A DNA stretch of 63,969 bases, the filler included, from an uncultured bacterium (GTDB taxonomy: Bacteria > Hinthialibacterota > Hinthialibacteria > Hinthialibacterales > Hinthialibacteraceae): the NCBI GenBank assembly GCA_964449065.1. It is 3 parts of 3 records of this genome, joined end to end, with 100 filler letters (N's around TTAATTAATTAA, not from the genome) between each part and the next. Parts side by side here need not be neighbours in the genome. Positions count along the whole stretch, not along the records: positions 48,100 to 63,969 come from CAYVAZ010000096.1; 2 more parts are not named here. The stretch is one strand, 5' to 3'. The position numbers and the translations under genes were made by a program. The notes beneath the pieces were generated by a model. It had not been told where the DNA came from. It saw only the letters and a list, made by a program, of their open reading frames with translations, and did not search any database. Positions within the stretch are counted from its first letter, which is position 1. The number at the start of each line of letters is the position of its first letter. This document shows positions 49,366 through 58,186 of this stretch, one piece after another.

Positions 49366-51321
49366 AGGCATTAAACCGACTCCTTGAATATAGTTTTGAT
49401 GCAGCACATGCAGGCAGAGCAAGTGATTCAGCAATGCGTCTTTTCTGGTTAAAGAGACGGGATCGGTATCTTCCTTGTATTCTGTTAAGAAGGAGTTGAG
49501 CCGTTTGGTATCGAACAATCCGGCTTTTTCGATTTCTTGGTCGTTCATGTGGGTGTTGATGAGATCGTTTACCGCGTCTTGCTTTTTCGTTTCCGTGTGT
49601 CCCGGCGGGGCCATGAAGGCGAATTTTTCGCGTTTGTAGAGCACTTCCGGGAGGATGTGTTTCATGGCTTCGCGCAGCACCCACTTTTCGACATCGCCGC
49701 GGATGCGGACTTTTGGGGGAATGTTTGCCGCTACCTCAGCGACTTTATGATCGAGAAAGGCAGGGCGTGATTCCATGGAGTTGGCCATGTCAACGCGGTC
49801 GCCGCCCCAGTTGAGGATTTGGCATTCAAGCATGGTTTTGATCCAGGTGTATTGGGCGATATCGAGCGGGTGTTTGCCTTTGACCATGTTTTCGTCGAAA
49901 GAACCAGCGATGGCTTCGATGGGATCGTAGTCTTTGATTTCGGCCAGAATATCGTCATGGAGCAATGGCCGTGCGATTTCGAGCGACTGCATCCAGGGTT
50001 GCAGCCAGGATGGGGTGAAACCGCATTTGGCATCCATGGCGGCGTGGTGGACTTGGTCTTCGGCCAGGATGGCACCGCGGAAGAGGCGGTTGCTTTCTTC
50101 CATTTTCTTTTGATAGTCGAGCGTTTCATCGCCGGTTAAGCCGTGTAAGAACATATCGCGTTTAAGCGCGGGGTAACCGCCGAAGAGTTCGTCCGATCCT
50201 TCTCCGGTGACGACGACTTTATAGCCGCTTTCATTCACGCGGCGGCTCATGCACATTTTGGCGACGCCGAGGGTGTTGTAGAACGTCCGTTCGGCGTGCC
50301 AGACGGTTTTGCGGTAGTTGTCGCCGTAAAGGCTGACGGCATCCAAGTTAAGAATTTCTTGGTCGGCCTTGACCTTTTGCGCCATTTCAGTAGCAATGGC
50401 GGCTTCGTCATAAGACTCATGATCGAAGCTGATGGTGTAGGCTTTGACCGGCGATTGCTGTACGGCTGCCGCCAGGCCGAGCATGGAGCAACTGTCGATA
50501 CCGCCGGAGAGGTAACAGCCGACGGGGACATCCGCTTCCAGGCGAAACATGACAGATTCGAGCAGGATATCTTTCACCTGTTCGATGTAGTGTTCATCGG
50601 AGTGTTCGCCGTCTTTGTCGTGTTCGTCGGGGAACTCCATATCCCAATAGCGGTGTTCGCTGATGTCAAAGCCATTGCCATTGCGTTTGATGACCATCAT
50701 GTGCCCCGGCTGGAGGGCGTGAATGTCTTTGAAGGCGCTGGTACCGGGGACCATGGTGTGCATCATTTGATGAAGGACGGCTTGTGGATCGAATTCTTTA
50801 GGAACATCGGGATTTGCAAACAATGCTTTGATTTCGGAGCCGTAATAGACGGTGCCGTTGCTGATGTGATAGAACATCGGGCGGATGCCAAAACGGTCAC
50901 GAACGAGGATGAGTTTGTCTTCGTTTTGATCGTACAGCGCAAAGGCGAACTCACCGCGCAGGTGTTCGACGAAATCGAGCCCGTGTTTTTGGTAAAGATA
51001 GAGGGCGATTTCGCTGTCGGATTTGCAAACGAATTCTTGGCCTTCACAAATAAAGTTGGCGCGGATGCGTTTGTAATCGTAAAACTCTCCGTTCACGGTC
51101 AGCACCAGTTTTTTGTCTTTGGTTAACAACGGTTGGTGGCCGGTTTCGAGATCAATGATGGAAAGACGGGAGTGTCCCATCGCCAAACCTTGTTGCTGGT
51201 CGAGGTGGTAGCCGTAGCCGTCGGGGCCGCGGTGTTCCAGTTTATGCGTCATTTTTTCCAGTGTTAGTTTCGCGTCTTCGGGTAAGCCTTTTGCAGACCA
51301 AAAGCCTGTGATACCGCACAT
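49363..51321 (-). CDS. Asparagine synthase-like glutamine amidotransferase
   Basis: N-terminal Cys (MCGI), HRGPD, NGEFY, RDRFG, SGGIDS, GEGSDE; substrate may not be aspartate. Confidence 0.92.
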   Translation of the reverse strand: MCGITGFWSAKGLPEDAKLTLEKMTHKLEHRGPDGYGYHLDQQQGLAMGHSRLSIIDLETGHQPLLTKDKKLVLTVNGEFYDYKRIRANFICEGQEFVCKSDSEIALYLYQKHGLDFVEHLRGEFAFALYDQNEDKLILVRDRFGIRPMFYHISNGTVYYGSEIKALFANPDVPKEFDPQAVLHQMMHTMVPGTSAFKDIHALQPGHMMVIKRNGNGFDISEHRYWDMEFPDEHDKDGEHSDEHYIEQVKDILLESVMFRLEADVPVGCYLSGGIDSCSMLGLAAAVQQSPVKAYTISFDHESYDEAAIATEMAQKVKADQEILNLDAVSLYGDNYRKTVWHAERTFYNTLGVAKMCMSRRVNESGYKVVVTGEGSDELFGGYPALKRDMFLHGLTGDETLDYQKKMEESNRLFRGAILAEDQVHHAAMDAKCGFTPSWLQPWMQSLEIARPLLHDDILAEIKDYDPIEAIAGSFDENMVKGKHPLDIAQYTWIKTMLECQILNWGGDRVDMANSMESRPAFLDHKVAEVAANIPPKVRIRGDVEKWVLREAMKHILPEVLYKREKFAFMAPPGHTETKKQDAVNDLINTHMNDQEIEKAGLFDTKRLNSFLTEYKEDTDPVSLTRKDALLNHLLCLHVLHQNYIQGVGLMP

Positions 51322-51366
51322 ATCAGTTCTCCTTTATTGAAACAGCACGTTATTGAACAGAATTCG

Positions 51367-52449
51367 TTATCGGACCGGGACATCTTGCGGCAAACGGTCG
51401 AACCGGTTCAGGATGGAGATCAACAATGCCTGCCGGATAAACACCGCGCCGTGGGCTTGGGTAAAGTATAAATTGTGGTCGGTGTTGTCTAAAGATGTGC
51501 TGAGTTCATCTAACCGGGCAAGGGGATGAAGCACCACCGCATCCTTTTTTAATTTGGAATCTTTATTGAGCTTATATCTGTGATCCAGCGCTTTGTAGCT
51601 ATCACCGAGAAAGGCAATCGAATTCATGTAAATCACATCTAAATCAGATAGAACATCGTTAATGTCATTGGTGATGTAGTAGTCTATACCGGTGGCGTCT
51701 AAATCTACTTTGACATCTTGACCTAAAGGATCGGCCATTTCGGATACAATGGAAATTTTTTTGATGGAATCTTTGAACAAGAACGAATAGAGTAAGAAAC
51801 TTTTTACGGCTCTCATACTTCCGGGGGTGCCTAAGATTCCTAAATGGATTTTTTGGTTTTCTGGAAGGCCTTCGGCTATTTTGGGGTTCCATTTGAGGAT
51901 GGCGTACCAATCGGCTAACCCCTGGGTTGGATGTTCGCCGGAGCCGTTACCGGCATTGACGAGAGGCAGTTGCAACTTTTCACGGATTTGATCGACGGAT
52001 TCAGTTATGGTGTTGCGCATGATGACCATATCGCCATAGGCATTGAACATTTCCCCGATATCCGCGAGGGATTCTCCTTTGGCTTGCCCGGTGGTTTTGC
52101 CGTCCGCAATGCTAATGATTTTTCCGTCCAAACGTAAGACGGCGCTTTCAAAGGAAAGGCGGGTGCGCGTGCTGGCTTCGAAGAAGGCGGTGATGATCAG
52201 TTTTCCGTCTAACGGATGGCTTTCGGAGATTTCGGTTGCTTCCAATAACGCGGCAAACTTGCAGAGTTCCAGTACCATTTCGCGGTCAAACTGTTTGGCC
52301 GATATGACAGACTGACCGATTAGTTTTTGAAGAATATCCAGTTTGATATTTGCTTTAGCAATCAGGTTTTCGGGGTCCGGGTATAGACCTTCCGAATCGC
52401 CGGGTTTGTATTCGACTTCTTGGTTTATTTTGTTTTCATCGAGTTTCAT
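51367..52449 (-). CDS. Aspartate/ornithine carbamoyltransferase family protein (non-canonical)
   Basis: FFEASTRTRLSFE, HPTQ, HPLAR; lacks the PyrB R-x-Q motif (has YMNSIAF). Confidence 0.9.
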   Translation of the reverse strand: MKLDENKINQEVEYKPGDSEGLYPDPENLIAKANIKLDILQKLIGQSVISAKQFDREMVLELCKFAALLEATEISESHPLDGKLIITAFFEASTRTRLSFESAVLRLDGKIISIADGKTTGQAKGESLADIGEMFNAYGDMVIMRNTITESVDQIREKLQLPLVNAGNGSGEHPTQGLADWYAILKWNPKIAEGLPENQKIHLGILGTPGSMRAVKSFLLYSFLFKDSIKKISIVSEMADPLGQDVKVDLDATGIDYYITNDINDVLSDLDVIYMNSIAFLGDSYKALDHRYKLNKDSKLKKDAVVLHPLARLDELSTSLDNTDHNLYFTQAHGAVFIRQALLISILNRFDRLPQDVPVR

Positions 52450-52549
52450 TTTGATTTACCGTAAATTCTCGAGTTTCGTTTGTGGTTGTGATATTTTTCT
52501 GATGCTGTGCAAACGTCTTGCCTATACAAAAAGAAGGTATGATCACTTC

Positions 52550-52678
52550 TTACCAAATATTTTTACTTTTGTAGTCACGCCAAAGTAAGAACATTAAAAA
52601 AAGCGAGCCCAATCCTGTCATGATTAAGGCACCGTAGACAAACACGTATAGGGTGAAAGATGGAAACAGTACAACCAT
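52550..52678 (-). CDS. 42-aa single-TM protein
   Basis: GGAG RBS, ATG 2 nt after the symporter stop; MVVLFPSFTLYVFVYGALIMTGLGSLFLMFLLWRDYKSKNIW. Confidence 0.7.
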   Translation of the reverse strand: MVVLFPSFTLYVFVYGALIMTGLGSLFLMFLLWRDYKSKNIW

Positions 52679-52680
52679 AA

Positions 52681-54123
52681 TTATGCTCCTTCCAATTCCG
52701 GATTGGCTTCGTTCAGCGCGTTCCAATCGTAATTTTCGGGGAATACTTTGGCCGCGATGATGACAATGACCATGGATGTTGCCGCGCCGATTAAGGAGGC
52801 GGTGTACCATCCCCAATTGAAATAGGCTAAGAGTCCGATCCCGCTGCCGCCTGCCATACCGAAGATGGCACCCCAGCGGCTGGCACTTTTCCAATAGAGT
52901 CCGGCGGCGATGGGCCAGATGGTGCTGCCGACCATGGGGCCGGCGAAGAAAAGAACGGTGGCTAGGGTTCCGATGCGGGGCATGCAGACCGCCCAAGCGG
53001 CAAGACCTAAGCCGATAATGATGACGGCTGACATGCGGCGGAGGTGTTGTTCACCCGCGCCTGGATGGATAAGTTTTCGGTAGACGTCTTCTGTGATTAA
53101 GTCGGCGGTGGCGGCTAAGAGGCTGTCGATGCTGGATGCCAGAGAGCAGAAGAACACGGCGAACACAATGATGGACCCGATCTTCCCCAATACATTGGCG
53201 GCGACCATGGGACCGATCATATCCGGGCTGGTCACGTTTACGCCGAGTGTGTCTCCAGCCAAGGCGATAAAGCCCGCGGCGATAGGGACGGGAAGCCACA
53301 AGACACCGGCGAGCAAATAGGCTCTTTGCCCAATGCCTTCGCGCATGGCGAAGGCGCGGCTCCACCATACATTGCTGTGGAAGATTTCACCCATACCGAA
53401 CAGCAGGTTATTGAATACGGAGATCAGCGCAGCAGGCATAAGGACATTGATGAGCATCGGGCGCTGTTCTTCTAGGTTCCCATACACCGTTTCAAATTCC
53501 GCTTGGGTTAACACCCCGATGCCTACAATCACGATGCCGATCAGAATAATGAGGGATTGAATATAATCGGTACCGATCACAGCGTATAAACCGCCGAAAA
53601 GGGTATAGACGACACATACGAACAGAATAATGCTCATCCCCATTTGATAGGGGATACCGGCGAGGGCGTACATTAAGATGCCGCCGGCCATTCCCATGCT
53701 AATGAGCCAGGTAAAGCCATAAAAGATAGAAATAAGCAGGAAAATGTACCAGGCAAGGTTGCCGTAGCGCAGGCGGATAAAATCGCCGCTGGTGTAGCCG
53801 GAAGGCATTAAGCGGCGGATACGTTTGGCTAACGGGGCGAATAGAAATAAACCGAATGAGGCGGTCGAGTAGGCGACCATCCCCCATATACCGAGTTCTA
53901 GGGCGAACTGGGGGGCGAGCATGGTGGTGTTGGAGGTGATCCATGTGGCCATGGCGGTGGCGGTTCCAAGCGCCAGACCTACATTGCGCCCGGCGAGCAT
54001 GAAACCTTCCATGCTTTTGGCTTTTTTGCCCCAATAGACACCGAGAGCGATCCAGATCACCCCTAGCAGGGCGACCAGAATCCATCCAGTCGTTGTATTG
54101 AGTATCTCGGATTGATGAGGCAA
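52681..54123 (-). CDS. Sodium:solute symporter (SSS; DUR3/PutP-like)
   Basis: FMLAGRNVG, ATW, YTLFGGLYAVIGTDYIQ, SSIDSLL; about 13 TM helices. Confidence 0.92.
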   Translation of the reverse strand: MPHQSEILNTTTGWILVALLGVIWIALGVYWGKKAKSMEGFMLAGRNVGLALGTATAMATWITSNTTMLAPQFALELGIWGMVAYSTASFGLFLFAPLAKRIRRLMPSGYTSGDFIRLRYGNLAWYIFLLISIFYGFTWLISMGMAGGILMYALAGIPYQMGMSIILFVCVVYTLFGGLYAVIGTDYIQSLIILIGIVIVGIGVLTQAEFETVYGNLEEQRPMLINVLMPAALISVFNNLLFGMGEIFHSNVWWSRAFAMREGIGQRAYLLAGVLWLPVPIAAGFIALAGDTLGVNVTSPDMIGPMVAANVLGKIGSIIVFAVFFCSLASSIDSLLAATADLITEDVYRKLIHPGAGEQHLRRMSAVIIIGLGLAAWAVCMPRIGTLATVLFFAGPMVGSTIWPIAAGLYWKSASRWGAIFGMAGGSGIGLLAYFNWGWYTASLIGAATSMVIVIIAAKVFPENYDWNALNEANPELEGA

Positions 54124-54144
54124 GATAGGCTCCTTATAAAGGGA

Positions 54145-54687
54145 TTATGATTGGGATGGTTGTGAGTTGGCTTTCATCGTCATTGTGCCGTGAATGATAA
54201 CGCTAACGGTCGCGATAAATACCAATGCGCCTACAACCATGAGTGTGATTGCGAGTTGGATTGAATGGTGTTGGACTTTGAGCGTAATTGTTTCTGACCA
54301 AGCGCTGGTGTTTCCGGTCTCGGTATTGGAAGTACGAATGCGGTAGTAATACGTTCCATTAGGCAGGCCGGAAATGTAGCTGGCGGTATCCGGTCCTTTG
54401 TATTTTAAAAGTGGGTCGGAAAACTCTTTTGTTTCGGATTGTTGGAGTTCAAATTGAATGTGTTCTGGAATGGATTTGTAATCCGGATGCGACCAAGCAA
54501 GCCGTATATAACCGGAATCGGATGTTAATGCCAAGCCGGTGTCAAATTTCGGAGTAGAGGTAGAGTTCTGTGGAGAATCAGCGGAGTTTGATTCCAGACT
54601 AACCAGGAGCGGCAAACACAACATGCTCCAAAAAATCAACAAAGATGAGAGTGTTTTACACTTCGGGAAACAATTCATAATATCCAA
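54145..54687 (-). CDS. Exported FN3-like protein with a C-terminal membrane anchor
   Basis: Signal peptide, LAW...ISGLPNGTYYYRIR...SAWS, C-terminal TM helix. Confidence 0.75.
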   Translation of the reverse strand: MDIMNCFPKCKTLSSLLIFWSMLCLPLLVSLESNSADSPQNSTSTPKFDTGLALTSDSGYIRLAWSHPDYKSIPEHIQFELQQSETKEFSDPLLKYKGPDTASYISGLPNGTYYYRIRTSNTETGNTSAWSETITLKVQHHSIQLAITLMVVGALVFIATVSVIIHGTMTMKANSQPSQS

Positions 54688-54815
54688 TATACCATAACGA
54701 ATTGAAAATCTCTGTCAACTGTATGTTTTTACACACTCGGCTTTACGTAAGGTAGATTGCCTGCTTGAATCCATAGAATTTATGAACTTTCACAGGCAGT
54801 ATAGAAATCAACTTT

Positions 54816-55616
54816 ATGCAGGAACAAATTCAATCCATCATCCAAACTGCGGATCAAATTGAAGGCCATCTTTCGTACAAAGAAATGGAATTTTTGGCGA
54901 TTAATGCGGCGGTTCCGACAGCAAAAGGCTGTGTGTTAGAAATCGGCAGTTACAAAGGAAAATCCACTTATCTAATAGCGGAAGCATCTAAGTTGGCAGG
55001 GGATGACCGGATCGTAGCGGTTGATCCGTTGACAACAGAGTCGCTGGCAGATCATTATTTGAAAGGCGATGTGGATGAAGTGGAATTTCAGCATGATTTC
55101 TTTAAAAACTTAGAACAATTCCACATCCGTGAGCGGGTAGAGTTTTTTCAGATGTATTCTTATGAGATGGTAAAGACGTTTCAAGGGAGCATTCGTTTTT
55201 TGTGGATTGACGGAGATCATACGTATGAGGGGGTAAAGCGGGATGTTGCATTGTTTACCCCTTTTTTGTCAGATGGGGCGATTATTGCAATGCATGATGT
55301 TTTGCACAATTTAGATGGGCCGGTTCGCTGTTTTAACGAAGATGTATTGCAGTCGCCTAATTTTGGGCGGGCTGGATTGTGCGGTTCGATTGGATGGGGG
55401 CGGTATCATTCGGATGTAAAAGTAAATGAAGTGTACTTGAAAGAAAAAGAGGAACTGCACCAAAAATTAACAGAATTGATACCGTTTTCAACCCAAGGAA
55501 AGAATCAATCGAAGTGGAATGCCATGAAATATAAATGGTACCGTACACAAGTCCCGCATGGGAGGATTTCGTTGGAGGAGTGGCGGAAGATGATTGAACA
55601 ATTGGAATGTTTATGA
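54816..55616 (+). CDS. Class I SAM-dependent methyltransferase (Methyltransf_24-like)
   Basis: LEIGSYKGKST, WIDGDHTYEGV, MHD. Confidence 0.88.
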   Translation: MQEQIQSIIQTADQIEGHLSYKEMEFLAINAAVPTAKGCVLEIGSYKGKSTYLIAEASKLAGDDRIVAVDPLTTESLADHYLKGDVDEVEFQHDFFKNLEQFHIRERVEFFQMYSYEMVKTFQGSIRFLWIDGDHTYEGVKRDVALFTPFLSDGAIIAMHDVLHNLDGPVRCFNEDVLQSPNFGRAGLCGSIGWGRYHSDVKVNEVYLKEKEELHQKLTELIPFSTQGKNQSKWNAMKYKWYRTQVPHGRISLEEWRKMIEQLECL

Positions 55617-55722
55617 GAAACAAAAGCGTTCATCACATTTCACCTCATCTGTCCCCCTTGGGCCGGACATCCAGCTTGGGGGAGAAAGTGGTTTGTTGCC
55701 CACCCGAAGACCTTCAAAGAAA

Positions 55723-56454
55723 TTAAGGGAGTTCGCGGATACGGATGTTTTTGAAGACGATGGGCGAGCCTTCGGATTCCAGGCAGAGATGGCCGGTGCG
55801 CGGTTCGGCGTTATTGCCGCCGGATACTTCTTCGCCGTTTACCCACAAACGCACTTCACCATTGATGCAGCGGACATAGTAATGATTCCAGTTGCCGAAT
55901 CCATTGCTGAGATTTTTGCTGGGGAAACTGCGTTTGCCGTTAGGCGAGAGCGGTGGAAACGGATTTAATTTGGCTTTACCGACAGGAAACACATCTCCAT
56001 TGGTTGAAAACCAATCGCCCACTCTCCCATCTTTTTCGTATTGTTCTGTATAGCCGTGGTCGAGGATTTGCACTTCGATTCCGGAATTGGGCAGGGAATT
56101 GGGTTCCATGCCTGTTAACGCTTCTATGGGAGACCAAACGAATACGCCGGAATTGCCCGCGGACTTCAGGTGCTTCCACTGCACGACCAATTCGAAGTTC
56201 GTGTAGACTTTTTTGGTTCGCATCACCCCGACGGGTTTGCCGGTACAATGAAGCAGGCCGTCGTCTTTCCATGTCCAGGTGTCGTCGTAACAGTTTACGT
56301 TTACGAAATCGTCTTTGCCGAGTTCGACGAAGCCTTCGGCGGTGCCGTTAATGGTCGCGCCGGGGAGTTTTTCGTCCTCTTGCGTTAAACCCGGCGACGA
56401 GATTGCGGCAATGGTGATAAGCAATATGAAGATTGAAGATAACGTTTGTTTCAT
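55723..56454 (-). CDS. Secreted DUF1080 (3-keto-disaccharide hydrolase-like) protein
   Basis: Signal peptide, YTNFEL...W, GNSGVF, EVQILD, WNHY, FKNIRIREL. Confidence 0.88.
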   Translation of the reverse strand: MKQTLSSIFILLITIAAISSPGLTQEDEKLPGATINGTAEGFVELGKDDFVNVNCYDDTWTWKDDGLLHCTGKPVGVMRTKKVYTNFELVVQWKHLKSAGNSGVFVWSPIEALTGMEPNSLPNSGIEVQILDHGYTEQYEKDGRVGDWFSTNGDVFPVGKAKLNPFPPLSPNGKRSFPSKNLSNGFGNWNHYYVRCINGEVRLWVNGEEVSGGNNAEPRTGHLCLESEGSPIVFKNIRIRELP

Positions 56455-56536
56455 TGACTTTCCCCTTGTTTTCAGCATACGGCAATTGGTTTTGCCGATT
56501 TAATTTTGTAACGATAGCACAAATTTATTTGCCAGT

Positions 56537-56830
56537 TTAGTTGCTGGATTCATGCAATATTTTTTGGAAGTCATCTATCGATTTAACTTTTAACGCTTGC
56601 ACCCGAAGTTTTCTGATTCTTTCAATGTCTTTAATTTCTTCAATTCCGTTTAATACAGAAGTAGGAATTTCTCCATACATGACAGATATATTATCCAGCA
56701 GAGAGGATTTTGCTTCCGCAAGACTACCTTCCTGTCTACCTTCTTGTCTACCTTCCTGTCTACCTTCCTGTCTACCTACTTCTTTACCTTTTTCCATGGC
56801 GATTTCTTCAAAGGGAGCGATGAACGGCAT
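56537..56830 (-). CDS. Stand-alone copy of the Rpn C-terminal module (Rpn-S-like, 97 aa)
   Basis: AGGAGG-8nt-ATG, MPFIAPFEEIAMEKG, (GRQE)x4; part of a ~410-bp duplication of the rpn 3' end (56537-56942). Confidence 0.72.
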   Translation of the reverse strand: MPFIAPFEEIAMEKGKEVGRQEGRQEGRQEGRQEGSLAEAKSSLLDNISVMYGEIPTSVLNGIEEIKDIERIRKLRVQALKVKSIDDFQKILHESSN

Positions 56831-56945
56831 TTTCTTTTCCTCCTGGTATCTTTGAATATTGTGAAGATACGTTTCTTCTAATTCTTTGGGCAGTCTCATC
56901 ATCCCATCTATAAACCGAAAGAGATTGACCGCATCATTTTCTGGT

Positions 56946-57986
56946 TTAATTGCCGGATTCATTCAGTATTTGTTGGAATTCATCTATCGATTTAACTTTT
57001 AACGCTTGCACCCGAAGTTTTCTGATTCTTTCAATGTCTTTAATTTCTTCAATTCCGTTTAATACAGAAGTAGGAATTTCTCCATACATGACAGATATAT
57101 TATCCAGCAGAGAGGATTTTGCTTCCGCAAGACTACCTTCCTGTCTGCCTTCCTGTCTACCTTCCTGTCTACCTTCCTGTCTACCTTCCTGTCTACCTTC
57201 CTGTCTACCTACTTCTTTACCTTTTTCCATGGCGATTTCTTCAAAGGGAGCGATGAACGGCATTTTCTTTTCCTCCTGGTATCTTTGAATATTGTGAAGA
57301 TACGTTTCTTCTAATTCTTTGGGCAGTCTCATCATGGCATCAATAAACCGAAAGAGATTTACTGCATCCTTTTCTGCCATACCTTGTTCGAGCATTTCTT
57401 TGGTGATGGTTTCTTTATACTGAAACCGAAGTTGTGAATCGCGTTTTGATTGCAAAGTTCTGAGGTGCGCGATTACGAAAAATGAAAAGGGATTCCGGCT
57501 TTGTTTTAATTCTTCGATTCGGTCTTGAAAATCCAATAGTTTTACGGTTGGAAATTTAAAAACCGATTCGCATCCCCAAACGCTGCTTTGATATTTTTCC
57601 GGCCTCCAATTGGGATTGTCGTCTCCCAATACCGCAAAGGTCATCAGCGGTGATTTTTGCTTGGATACCAATTTGCAGTAATAATGATACAAGCGTTCCG
57701 GTAACGTTATATCATACTGGGATTGAATTTCGATATGGATATACACCCAGGTTGCAATCCCGCTTTTTCGGAATACTTTAATGAGTTTGTCGACAAAGCG
57801 TTTTCCGGGTTTTTCTCCTTGGACAATTTCCCGAAGTTCCTGCTCGTGTGATTCGTAATTTTTGCTCCAATCGATATCTGTATAGACATCCGGTAGAAAC
57901 AATTGGATAAATTCCGGAAGAAACAGGTCTAAGATTTCTTTCCAGGTGTTGTCAAAATCAGCTGGTTCGTTCTTGTAATCTACCAT
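56946..57986 (-). CDS. Rpn/YadD-like PD-(D/E)XK nuclease (putative transposase family)
   Basis: DFDNTWKE, FVDKL, HIEIQSQ, NPFS, (GRQE)x6 tail; internal AGGAGG plus ATG at 57263. Confidence 0.9.
   Translation of the reverse strand: MVDYKNEPADFDNTWKEILDLFLPEFIQLFLPDVYTDIDWSKNYESHEQELREIVQGEKPGKRFVDKLIKVFRKSGIATWVYIHIEIQSQYDITLPERLYHYYCKLVSKQKSPLMTFAVLGDDNPNWRPEKYQSSVWGCESVFKFPTVKLLDFQDRIEELKQSRNPFSFFVIAHLRTLQSKRDSQLRFQYKETITKEMLEQGMAEKDAVNLFRFIDAMMRLPKELEETYLHNIQRYQEEKKMPFIAPFEEIAMEKGKEVGRQEGRQEGRQEGRQEGRQEGRQEGSLAEAKSSLLDNISVMYGEIPTSVLNGIEEIKDIERIRKLRVQALKVKSIDEFQQILNESGN
57134..57209. repeat. 12-bp coding tandem repeat (GRQE x6; x4 in the copy at about 56725-56776)
   Basis: CCTTCCTGTCTA units. 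Confidence 0.9.
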
Positions 57987-58186
57987 TTGTTATTCACGAT
58001 CCTAAGCCAATTTATTTTACAATCATCTTCGGCAATTCACCATAGTATTTTTTGGATGAGAACATGATGTGTTCTTTTCATGTTTTCTGCTCAGGATGTT
58101 TTAATAATACTCCCATTTTGTTTGAAAGGCAAACATGGTAATTTATTCTCAATGAACAAACATTGTGACGTGATTGAGGTTGCTCT

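Noticed and set aside
51367..52449. Calling this gene pyrB and its neighbour a housekeeping asnB
   Set aside because: Aspartate-specificity residues are missing, and no pyrimidine genes are adjacent
56831..56962. 141-aa ORF start for the Rpn copy
   Set aside because: The upstream ATG overlaps the rpn end and has no RBS; the ATG at 56830 has a perfect SD
57134..57209. Short tandem repeats as CRISPR arrays (also 3182-3230 and 12321-12356)
   Set aside because: 12-15 bp units with no spacers, in-frame within coding sequence; no cas genes
56537..57376. Rpn duplication as a diversity-generating retroelement TR/VR pair
   Set aside because: Differences are not confined to adenines of one copy (C/T and T/C changes occur), and no reverse transcriptase is in the window
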